Source: a bacterium
Lineage (GTDB): Bacteria; Campylobacterota; Campylobacteria; Campylobacterales; Sulfurimonadaceae
DNA length: 64,000 nt
Direction of reading: 5' to 3'
Assembly (NCBI GenBank): GCA_018822665.1
Contig: JAHJJX010000030.1
Span: 31,073 to 95,072, forward strand
Each line of letters starts with the position of its first letter. Position 1 is the first letter of the stretch. The position numbers were made by a program, and so were the translations under genes. Shown here in pieces: positions 18,580-27,300 of the stretch. Below the pieces are notes generated by a model. It had not been told where the DNA came from, made no database searches, and worked only from the letters and a program-made list of their open reading frames with translations.

Positions 18580-19860
18580 ATGAAATCACTATTAATATTT
18601 TTAATTTTAGGACAGATAATAATGGCAGCGACAATAGATTATATAGAAACAAAAGGTTTAAAAATACCGGTTATTTTTGAGAGCGACAAGCGTTTGCCGC
18701 TTGTTACAATACAGTTCATTTTTACAAATGCCGGAACCATTACGGATACAGACAAAGCAGGTTTGGCAAAGTTTAGCTCAAAAGTTATGGGTGAGGGCAC
18801 AAAAGAATTGGGAAGCAGCGCGTATGCAGAAGCTTTAGAAGCTAAAGCGATTCACATATCGGCTTCAACGGGAGAAGAAACTTTTGTAGTAGAGATGAGT
18901 TGTTTAAAGGAGGAGTTTGATGAGGGATTAAAATATTTCAATGCTCTTTTAAAGGACCCGAATTTTAGTGAAGAGACTATCAGTAAAGTAAAAACTATCA
19001 CCGTGGGTTCTTTGAGTTCAAAAGAAAATGATTTTGATTATGTGGCTTCAAATGCGTTAAAGTTTATTATGTTTGAGGGAACTCCTTTGTCTCATCCCTC
19101 TTCTGGAACAATACAAAGCGTAAAAAGCATCGAGTTGAGTGATGTTGAAACTTTTATCAAAAATCATCTTGTAAGTTCTAGAGTCATTGTTGCTCTTGGC
19201 GGCGATGTTGATTTGGAAAAAGCAAAAGAGAAAGTTTCTAAAATTATTGAAGAGATGCCAAAGGGTGAAGCAAGTGCGGTTAAAAACTTTATGCCAAACG
19301 ATAAACCAAAAGAAAACATTCTTTTAAAAGATACACAGCAGGCTTATATTTATTTTGGTTCACCTTACAATATGCGTGAGAATTCTGAAGATAATTACAA
19401 GGCAAGAGTGGCCGCTTTTATACTTGGAACAGGTGGTTTTGGTTCACGCTTAATGGAAGAAATAAGAGTAAAAAGAGGTTTGGCATATTCTGCGTATGCC
19501 CGAGTGAGTATTAGCAAATCAAGTAGTTCTTTTAGCGGATATTTGCAAACAAAAATAGAATCTCTTAAAGAAGCGCAAAAAACTGTAAATGAGGTTATTG
19601 CTGAGTTTGTAAAAAATGGAGTAACACAAGAGGAGCTTGAGCAAACTAAAAAGTTTATGTTGGGAAGCGAGCCTCTGAGAGTCGAGACAATGAGCCAAAG
19701 ACTCAACCGAACATTTTTAGAGTTTTACAAAGGGCAAGAACTTGGCTATTCTGACAAAGAGTTGGCACTCATAAAAACTTTAGATTTAAAAGATTTAAAT
19801 GAGTTTATCAAATCTCACAAAGAGATAAATCAACTCAGTTATGCGATTGTTACGAAATAA
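18580..19860 (+). CDS. M16 (pitrilysin/insulinase)-family protein lacking the HxxEH zinc motif
   Basis: Signal peptide and two-lobe M16 architecture (GLAKFSSKVMGEGT where HxxEH..G.GT is expected; RGLAYSAY in the second lobe). No HxxEH occurs anywhere in the protein. Confidence 0.6.
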   Translation: MKSLLIFLILGQIIMAATIDYIETKGLKIPVIFESDKRLPLVTIQFIFTNAGTITDTDKAGLAKFSSKVMGEGTKELGSSAYAEALEAKAIHISASTGEETFVVEMSCLKEEFDEGLKYFNALLKDPNFSEETISKVKTITVGSLSSKENDFDYVASNALKFIMFEGTPLSHPSSGTIQSVKSIELSDVETFIKNHLVSSRVIVALGGDVDLEKAKEKVSKIIEEMPKGEASAVKNFMPNDKPKENILLKDTQQAYIYFGSPYNMRENSEDNYKARVAAFILGTGGFGSRLMEEIRVKRGLAYSAYARVSISKSSSSFSGYLQTKIESLKEAQKTVNEVIAEFVKNGVTQEELEQTKKFMLGSEPLRVETMSQRLNRTFLEFYKGQELGYSDKELALIKTLDLKDLNEFIKSHKEINQLSYAIVTK

Positions 19861-19947
19861 TTAGTTATTTTATTGCATTTTGCCATATTTATAACAATGT
19901 ATTGAATATTTGATAAAATAGTTTATATTGAATCAAATAGAGGGAAT

Positions 19948-21744
19948 ATGCAGCTTACTCAAGAGCAAGACAGCAAGTTTAAAAAACTAGGTATTACCGC
20001 GTGGTGCGAACTTGCTCTTATCGTTCCGCATTCTTATGAAGATTTGCGTCTTCACGAGAAAATGAAAATCCACATGCCACAACTCATAGATGCGACTGTT
20101 GAATCCGTGCACCGCGCTCCAAACTCCATTCAGATAAACTTTTTTGCTCATAACTTTGGACATACCGTTCATGGAGTTATTTTTCACCCAAAGCCCTATA
20201 TGCTTCATCAGTATAAGGTCGGGGAGAGAGATTATTTTTACGGGGTTATAGAATGCAGTATCGGCAACTGTACAATGAGTATGCCAAGAAAAGTTACAAC
20301 AGTCGGTAACATTACTCCAAAGTATAAGTCGGCTTTGAGAGCGGATGTTATGGTTCGATTTATATCGCAAAATTTAACCTATGAAAACTTAAAATCAGAA
20401 GGTTTAAACAGTGAGGTTATTGAGGAGATACTGAAACTTCATTTTCCGGCAGACGAAATTTTGCAAATGAAGGCATTGAGTCAAAAAACAATAGATGCAC
20501 TCAAATATACGGAGCTGTTTTCTTACATGAAACAAGTGGCGAACAAGAGAAGATATTTTGAGCCTTTGGCATGTGGAAGCAATGATTATGTTGAATGGGC
20601 AAAAACTTTGCCTTTTAAGCTGACAAAAGAACAAACAGAGACAATTGAAGAGATAAAACAAGACTTGTCTAAAAATGTAGCCGCAAAAAGAATGATAGTA
20701 GGAGATGTAGGGTGCGGGAAGACAATGGTCATTTTGGCCTCAGCGGTTATGATGTCGCCAAAGCGTTCCATCTTGATGGCTCCAACAACCATACTCGCAA
20801 ATCAGCTTTATGAAGAGGCTGTAAAATACCTTCCACATGCTAAGATTGTTTTAGTAACCAACAAAACAAAAAAGGTAGATTTAAATGCATTTGATTTTAT
20901 AATCGGAACACATGCTCTATTATACAGAGAACTTCCACATGCCGAGCTTGTTATGGTGGATGAGCAACATCGTTTTGGTACAGCGCAAAGAAAGATGTTG
21001 GAAAAACTTGTAAGCAGCGGAGCAAAAAAGCCACACTTTTTGCAGTTCTCCGCTACTCCGATTCCAAGAACACTTGCAATGATTGAAACGGCACACATTG
21101 ATGTGAGTTTAATCACCTCTACCCCTTTTAAAAAAGATATTACGAGTAAGGTTATTCATAAAAGTGATTTTAAAGAATTGCTTGAACATATAAAAAGCGA
21201 AGTAAAAAAAAATAATCAGGTTTTGCTTGTGTATCCTTTAGTTCAAGAAAGTGAAGTTTTAGAATACCAGAGCATTGAAGAAGCGCGCGGATATTGGGAA
21301 AAAAGTTTTGAGAATGTATATGTTACGCACGGCAAAGATAAAGATAAAGAGGAGATACTTATAGAGTTTCGTGATAAAGGAAGCATACTCATAGCAACGA
21401 CGGTTGTTGAAGTGGGTATTTCCATTCCACGACTCAGTACGGTTGTAATAGTAGGTGCGGAACGTTTGGGTTTATCTACCTTGCATCAGTTAAGAGGTAG
21501 AGTGAGCAGAACAGGGCTTAAAGGCTATTGTTACCTGTACACAAATCAAAGCACATCGGAGCGGTTGGATAAATTTGTAAAGACTATGAGTGGCTTTGAG
21601 ATAGCAAATTTGGATTTAAAATTTAGAAAAAGCGGAGATTTATTAAAAGGGACGAATCAAAGCGGAAATCAGTTTAAATGGGTGGATATTGCCGAAGATG
21701 CAGAGATAGTTAAAAATGTTAAAAATGATTTGGGGATTATTTGA
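19948..21744 (+). CDS. recG: ATP-dependent DNA helicase RecG
   Basis: GDVGCGKT (Walker A), DEQHRFG, SATPIPRT, QLRGRVSR and the TRG-like C-terminus. Confidence 0.9.
   Translation: MQLTQEQDSKFKKLGITAWCELALIVPHSYEDLRLHEKMKIHMPQLIDATVESVHRAPNSIQINFFAHNFGHTVHGVIFHPKPYMLHQYKVGERDYFYGVIECSIGNCTMSMPRKVTTVGNITPKYKSALRADVMVRFISQNLTYENLKSEGLNSEVIEEILKLHFPADEILQMKALSQKTIDALKYTELFSYMKQVANKRRYFEPLACGSNDYVEWAKTLPFKLTKEQTETIEEIKQDLSKNVAAKRMIVGDVGCGKTMVILASAVMMSPKRSILMAPTTILANQLYEEAVKYLPHAKIVLVTNKTKKVDLNAFDFIIGTHALLYRELPHAELVMVDEQHRFGTAQRKMLEKLVSSGAKKPHFLQFSATPIPRTLAMIETAHIDVSLITSTPFKKDITSKVIHKSDFKELLEHIKSEVKKNNQVLLVYPLVQESEVLEYQSIEEARGYWEKSFENVYVTHGKDKDKEEILIEFRDKGSILIATTVVEVGISIPRLSTVVIVGAERLGLSTLHQLRGRVSRTGLKGYCYLYTNQSTSERLDKFVKTMSGFEIANLDLKFRKSGDLLKGTNQSGNQFKWVDIAEDAEIVKNVKNDLGII
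20567..20578 (-). repeat. Copy of TTCCACATGCCA (TGGCATGTGGAA on + strand)
   Basis: Exact 12-mer inside recG, read as L-A-C-G-S. Confidence 0.9.
20933..20943 (+). repeat. Copy of TTCCACATGCC
   Basis: Exact 11-mer inside recG, read as L-P-H-A. A 1-mismatch copy, TTCCACATGCtA, lies at 20831-20842. Confidence 0.9.
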
Positions 21745-21745
21745 G

Positions 21746-21775
21746 TTTGTACATGCCAAGTTTGGCATATACAAA
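21746..21775. terminator. Bidirectional terminator hairpin made of degenerate motif copies
   Basis: TTTGTACATGCC...GGCATATACAAA forms about 13 bp with one mismatch, between convergent recG (stop 21744) and hpf (stop 21786). Confidence 0.5.
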
Positions 21776-21785
21776 GAAGGTGATT

Positions 21786-22328
21786 TTAATAGAGTCCAAA
21801 TCTTGCATCGTTTCTTTTGTAAAGAACACGAGTTTTGCCTTCGTTATCTATAAATATGTCAAAGAGTTTTGTACTGTCTTTAAGTTCTTGAAGTACATCT
21901 TCCACTTCACGCGGTTTGTAAAGTGATAATTCAACAGGTACGATTTCATCTTCTAAAGCTTCTTGTGCTTCACTTAGGTTAATTCCGCCGTTTGTTTCAT
22001 GTTTAATCTCATTGAGACCGATTTTCTGGTGTTGCGTACCTCTGTCGTGACTACGGCGCATAGCTTTTTGAGCTCTTGCAATTGCCAAATCAATTGCAAC
22101 ATATAAATCTTCATCACTTTGTTTGATGATTATTGAATTTTTATGAGAAAGATGGATAGCAAACTCAACCATCATAAATTCTTTAGTTTTTTTAGTCTGA
22201 GCAGTTGCTACAACACCGATAGAGATAATATCCATATTGTATTTGCTAAGTGTTTCAATAGATGTAGTCATGTGTTCTTTAATAGCATCAGTTAAGTCTA
22301 CATGTCTTCCTGTGAGGGAGATATTCAT
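21786..22328 (-). CDS. hpf: Long ribosome hibernation-promoting factor
   Basis: N-terminal HPF fold (MNISLTGRHVDLTDAIKEH...DLYVAIDLAIARAQKAMRR) plus a C-terminal dimerisation domain (KPREVEDVLQEL...FIDNEGKTRVLYKRNDARFGLY). Confidence 0.85.
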   Translation of the reverse strand: MNISLTGRHVDLTDAIKEHMTTSIETLSKYNMDIISIGVVATAQTKKTKEFMMVEFAIHLSHKNSIIIKQSDEDLYVAIDLAIARAQKAMRRSHDRGTQHQKIGLNEIKHETNGGINLSEAQEALEDEIVPVELSLYKPREVEDVLQELKDSTKLFDIFIDNEGKTRVLYKRNDARFGLY

Positions 22329-22391
22329 AAAAAGTCCTTTTAATATTTTAATTCAGATTATATCATTAAAAAGTTTAGAAAATTTATATTG

Positions 22392-22853
22392 CTATAATTT
22401 TTGAATGCTTCTTCTAAAAAATGTTATAGGCTCGGAAGCCGCATTTGTGCTTACCGTGACATCCATTAAAACGGAGCCGCTGGATTCAGGAGTTGTGATG
22501 GTAAAATAACTGTTTGTGCAGGTGGCCGGCAGAGCCCCTGAATAAACATAGTGCATATCAATATTTATATTATAAATATCTTCAGTAAAATTAAGGTTGT
22601 CTATACAGTTGTTTTGAGAAATTTCTAAGAGAGCGTATTCCGTGGCACTTTTTGAGAGCAGTACAGCCTGTTCATAGAGATACAAGTCGGTTGTCTGTTT
22701 AGAAGTTTGTGTTGTGAGGGAGAGCGAAAGGGCCATAATAGTCGCTATAACAACAATGACGGAAATCGCCATAATAATAGCAAAACCGCCTCTTTTTCTG
22801 CTAGGATTTTTTTGAAAACGGGAATGTATTAAAATATAGTTTTTTCTTTGCAT
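22392..22853 (-). CDS. Pilin-like protein without Glu5 (MshP/PilX/GspK-like)
   Basis: A basic N-terminus followed by GGFAIIMAISVIVVIATIMALSLSL. It overlaps the upstream gene by 25 nt and is the last gene of the four-gene operon. Confidence 0.55.
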   Translation of the reverse strand: MQRKNYILIHSRFQKNPSRKRGGFAIIMAISVIVVIATIMALSLSLTTQTSKQTTDLYLYEQAVLLSKSATEYALLEISQNNCIDNLNFTEDIYNINIDMHYVYSGALPATCTNSYFTITTPESSGSVLMDVTVSTNAASEPITFFRRSIQKL

Positions 22854-23737
22854 AATGAATATTCCTCCACTAAATTACTTTTGACACATACTTGTATCTT
22901 TACAACGGAACCTATGGCACGAAACTGAAATGTGCTTACATTTTCCATGATAAGCGCATTTTTGATATTTTTATCGGTATCACTATATTTTTCACCGTTC
23001 CATGGCTGGTAGTCATAATAGAGATTGAGTGTTCCCTTGTTGTTAACTCCGGGCGTATAAACGATAGCGTATGCAGTCCAGGCGAGTTTATAATACTCAT
23101 ACACATCCACACCGCTAAAATCAACTCCTGCGATGCTTGATGAAAATTGATTCGCATTTGTTCCATACGTGATAGGGTGTATGCTGGCATTTTGGTTTGT
23201 AAGAGCGGCTCCGTCCCATCCATAACCGTTGATATCGGTTGTTCCTGCAAAATATAGAGCGGCATCGGCGATAGAACTGTTTCCATACGACAAAATGTCT
23301 ATAAGTGTATTTATTTTTGCAGTGTCGGTTTGTGGAGATGTGATATTTGCAGTTTGACCGATATCTGCGTCTAAATCTATAATTCCGCTCCAGTTTGGAA
23401 GGTATAAAAGAGTATCGGAATTTCCACGAAAACCGTCTTCATCCGCGCCAACCCATTCTAAAACGTTGTATGCGGTACCACTCGCATTTGCAAGAGGTAC
23501 AAAAGTACCAGCTGTTGTGTCTCTTGCAATAGTTGAATCTTTGATGCGGTGTTGAAGTCGGGTCGCTATAAACTCAACGGCAGCAGCGCTGTTGGATTGC
23601 AGGGTGTGATTAATATGAGAGAATATAAAGTTATTATAAGCTTGCGCTAAAAATTCAACCCCAAATTTGCCAACTATTCCAATAACAACAATGACAAACA
23701 CAAGTTCTATCATGGTAAAGGCGTTACGTATTCTCAT
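22829..23737 (-). CDS. Prepilin-type N-terminal cleavage/methylation domain protein (MshO-like minor pilin)
   Basis: MRIRNA|FTMIELVFVIVVIGIV is a class III signal peptide with Glu at +5. 302 aa. Confidence 0.65.
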   Translation of the reverse strand: MRIRNAFTMIELVFVIVVIGIVGKFGVEFLAQAYNNFIFSHINHTLQSNSAAAVEFIATRLQHRIKDSTIARDTTAGTFVPLANASGTAYNVLEWVGADEDGFRGNSDTLLYLPNWSGIIDLDADIGQTANITSPQTDTAKINTLIDILSYGNSSIADAALYFAGTTDINGYGWDGAALTNQNASIHPITYGTNANQFSSSIAGVDFSGVDVYEYYKLAWTAYAIVYTPGVNNKGTLNLYYDYQPWNGEKYSDTDKNIKNALIMENVSTFQFRAIGSVVKIQVCVKSNLVEEYSLCKEKTIF

Positions 23738-24370
23738 TTAGTAAGTCCTCTTGTTGTAATCAATTTCACCAATATTTGCACTGTAAGTTTTTAAAACGGT
23801 TATCAGGTTATCATCTTTGTCCGCAATACTCACCGTTATTTTTTTTATATTTTGACTTCCCTCAGTAGCTGCACCAAAGTCCGCATACACAACGCTAATA
23901 CTGCTTCTATAATCTTCTTTATAGCCCGCTGACGTATAAACATTTCCTCCGGAACTATCTGTCAGTATAGAAGCACTGCTCTTGATTGTATCATCTAAAT
24001 CATCTAAGTCGCCGCTATCTGAACCTAAAGTTGTTGAGGGGCGGATAGTGAGATTCTCCAAGCATCTTCTATGCAGAGGTTGGTTGACGTGGCCAAGTCT
24101 TCGTTTTGTTGTTGTGTTGCAATCGAGAGCTGTGGTAGGAACAACTTGTGATAATGCGTCCGGATTTTCTTTATCATTTTCATCCCACTGATAGGTTACT
24201 GCCTGATTAAGCTCCGCCGCGGCTGCAAAGATTGCTTCTTGAAGTAGATTTTGGTCAACTCCTTTGGCTGTAATCTGACTCATCATAGGAAGCGACATTA
24301 CCGTAATCGCTATAATTACAATGGCAAAAATAAGCTCAATCATTGAAAAAGCATATCTGCTTCTTACCAC
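23738..24370 (-). CDS. Prepilin-type N-terminal cleavage/methylation domain protein (minor pilin)
   Basis: MVRSRYA|FSMIELIFAIVIIAITV with Glu at +5. The GTG start overlaps the stop of the 1471-aa gene by 7 nt. Confidence 0.65.
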   Translation of the reverse strand: MVRSRYAFSMIELIFAIVIIAITVMSLPMMSQITAKGVDQNLLQEAIFAAAAELNQAVTYQWDENDKENPDALSQVVPTTALDCNTTTKRRLGHVNQPLHRRCLENLTIRPSTTLGSDSGDLDDLDDTIKSSASILTDSSGGNVYTSAGYKEDYRSSISVVYADFGAATEGSQNIKKITVSIADKDDNLITVLKTYSANIGEIDYNKRTY

Positions 24371-27300
24371 ATGCTTCTCCTATTTGTGATGGTTGAGCCA
24401 CCCTCTACGGTGGTTGTATTTGTTTCATGTGCTCCAGCCCATGAGCCGGCAGCATTATGAAATTCAACTTCAAATTCATTCGCAGTAGCTCCGGCATTGT
24501 ATTTATTGTAAAGGAGCCATGTTGAAGGAAAGTTTTGCATCGTTGTTTTGTACGGATATTCTTCTTCACCCACTTCATAGGTCACCGTGGTTGAATCAGG
24601 ATGGCCTCCGCTCGTGTCGGTTCCGGTCACATCTGTTCTCGATTTTGTCTGATTAACGTTTCCTGCTGTTCCGGATATAACTGTGTGGAGCGTATTTGTA
24701 AACCATCTTGAGTCATTATTGTATGCTGAAGTAGCTCCGTTTGGAAGTAAAGTTTTATCACATCCCACACCATTACAAAATGCTTCATAATAAAGGAGTG
24801 CATTGCCGCTATTTCCAACGAATGTTTGTCTTGGCGCATTTGTACGACCGTGAATAAAAGTGGCCGACAAGTCTGCAGGAGTCGCAGCGCTGGTTATAAC
24901 AAGAGCACCGTATATTGAGCTTGCGGTTAATATTACGTCGGCACCGTTGACTCTGAATGGATTTACCGGATTTATTAAAGTTCTTTGGAAATTAAATCGA
25001 AGCATCTTAGATGCATCTGCGGTATTCCACGGGATAGTAAGTGCTCCGGCCGTGAAATTTAAGTTGATTCCTTCGTCTATTTCGTCTTTTATTAAGGTTG
25101 GAGTGCCCGCCGTTGCAACGGCTATGCTGACATTTACAGGATTTTCCCAAGAGAGCGTTTTAAAATTAGAAGTTTTATTGTTGAGAGCGTTTTGTGCCTC
25201 GATAGTAACATCTAAATGTGCAGACATAGCTAAATCATTGGAAAGGTATGTAAAAGTATTTGTGTTATGGTTATTAAGGTGAACGTTTGTTAACGTAAAA
25301 TGATCAGGAATAAAAGTAGCATCTACACTCCCGCATACATAGCGCCCGCTTGCAGTACAATCTGCAGGAGTATCGCCGATATCAATATTTGTCCAAGTTG
25401 TATCCTGCATTTGAAGCGTTACTTTTCCAACGTCGCTAAAGTTTATATTTGCTCCATTTACGGCATCTCCATTTGTTATATTAAAATCTGTTCCAAAAGC
25501 AGGTGCTCCGAGCAATGTATTGTCAACAGTTACTCCGTCTGGTTGATACATGGCAGTTTTAAGTAGATTGAGTACGGTATTTGCGGTTGACACGGTATAG
25601 CCGCTACTTGGAGTAGTGTCTCCAAATCGGGCAGCAGTTAAAGGGAAATTATAGTTTACTCCTGATTTGAGGAAATTTATATTTTCTCCTGCAGGTGCCG
25701 TAATTACAAATCTGTCGGGTCGAATTGCAAAATGATCGCTCGCACTGCATATATGCCATGAAGGTGTTCCGTTTGTTTGAGTGTCGCAAGCCTCGATAGT
25801 TGCACTTAGGCAACTTGTGGAGCTGTAGAGTCGGTAGATTGTATCATTTTCAGCTGCATCATATTCATAAGTTGCACATATTTTAAAGCCGACTACTGCA
25901 TCAGAAACCGCAGATGTTACCGTAAAATCGGAAGAGGAGGGTATATGGTCTACTGTTGAAGCATCAAAAGTTATAGTATTGCTTATCGGTGTTAATAACC
26001 CGTTTGGATAGATTGCCACATCAATATTTCCGATACCCGCTTTTGTTGCATAAGCATCATTCGTACTATTTAAACTTGCAAGGGAAAGATTAAATGGCTT
26101 GTTTACAATTTTCGTGGATATTGTTCGAATACTCGGCGGTACGGGAGTTGTATCGAGTACAGTATCCCAAGCGTCAAGCGAACCTGTAATGTATACAGTT
26201 GAACTTCCTCCACATGAACCAAAACCGCTTGCATCCAAGCCTGAGCCATCATAAGTATATATCTGATTGTTGTTCAATGTAATAGAACCTACGGATGATA
26301 CCGCTCCCCTAAAGGAACTGTTGTTTGTATTTGTTCCAGCGTCAAAAGTTCCTTTAGCAAATATGTATGCCACCATGTTATACCCCGAACCGCCACCCGA
26401 TGTGGTCATAGCAAAATTACCGCCTATGAATATGTACATATCGGATGCAATACCCGTGTTATTGTTATAGTTGAAATCTAGAGTGTTATTATTTAAAATC
26501 ATATCTCCATCTATAAAAAATCTCACTTTTCCTTCAGTTCTTACGATAAGCCTAGCATTGCTAGACCATGAATCGAAGTAGTAATCTCCTTCTGTAAAAG
26601 TCAATGTTATATCTGCATCTGTTCCCGTGATAGATTTAATACTCATATATTTTCTATCTGACGTAGAGTAGGATTGCGTGGCTTGAAATCTTGTGTCTCC
26701 TACAATATTTAGATGAGGATATTCTTTTGCGGATAATGTACCGCTGATATCTGATGCTGTGCTTAATGATGATGAAACATGTACGGGGAGAGACGGTACA
26801 TCTATCGACATTACAGATACTGAACAGGCATCCAGCTGACTGGCATTTTGATAAATTTCAGTATCTGAACATTTAACACTGCCATTTATTCCATCTGCAT
26901 AAATGATATCTGCGGAGATGACAACATCACCGTTTGCCGCATTAATCATGTCCCATGTATTTAATGCGCTAGGAAAAACTCCACATTGTTCATAGTTTGG
27001 ATCTGCTACGCCATATTGAGAACATGCCCCCCAGCCGCTCTCGTCAATACTTTGGTCAAAATAAAACTTAGACAAATTTCCAATCTCTATATCCCCGTAG
27101 GATGAAATAGCGCCTGTAAAGTATGTAGGCGAACCAAAGTCTACGGAACCCTCCACGTAGACTGTCGCGTTGAAAGTTGTGCCTCCCCCTCCGGTTACAA
27201 GGCTTCCTTGCACAAAAAGAACAAAATTAGCAGCCGGCAAGGATGTGTCATAACTGCCATTTACTCCTGTCGTATTAATACCAGGATTGTTTCCAGGAGT

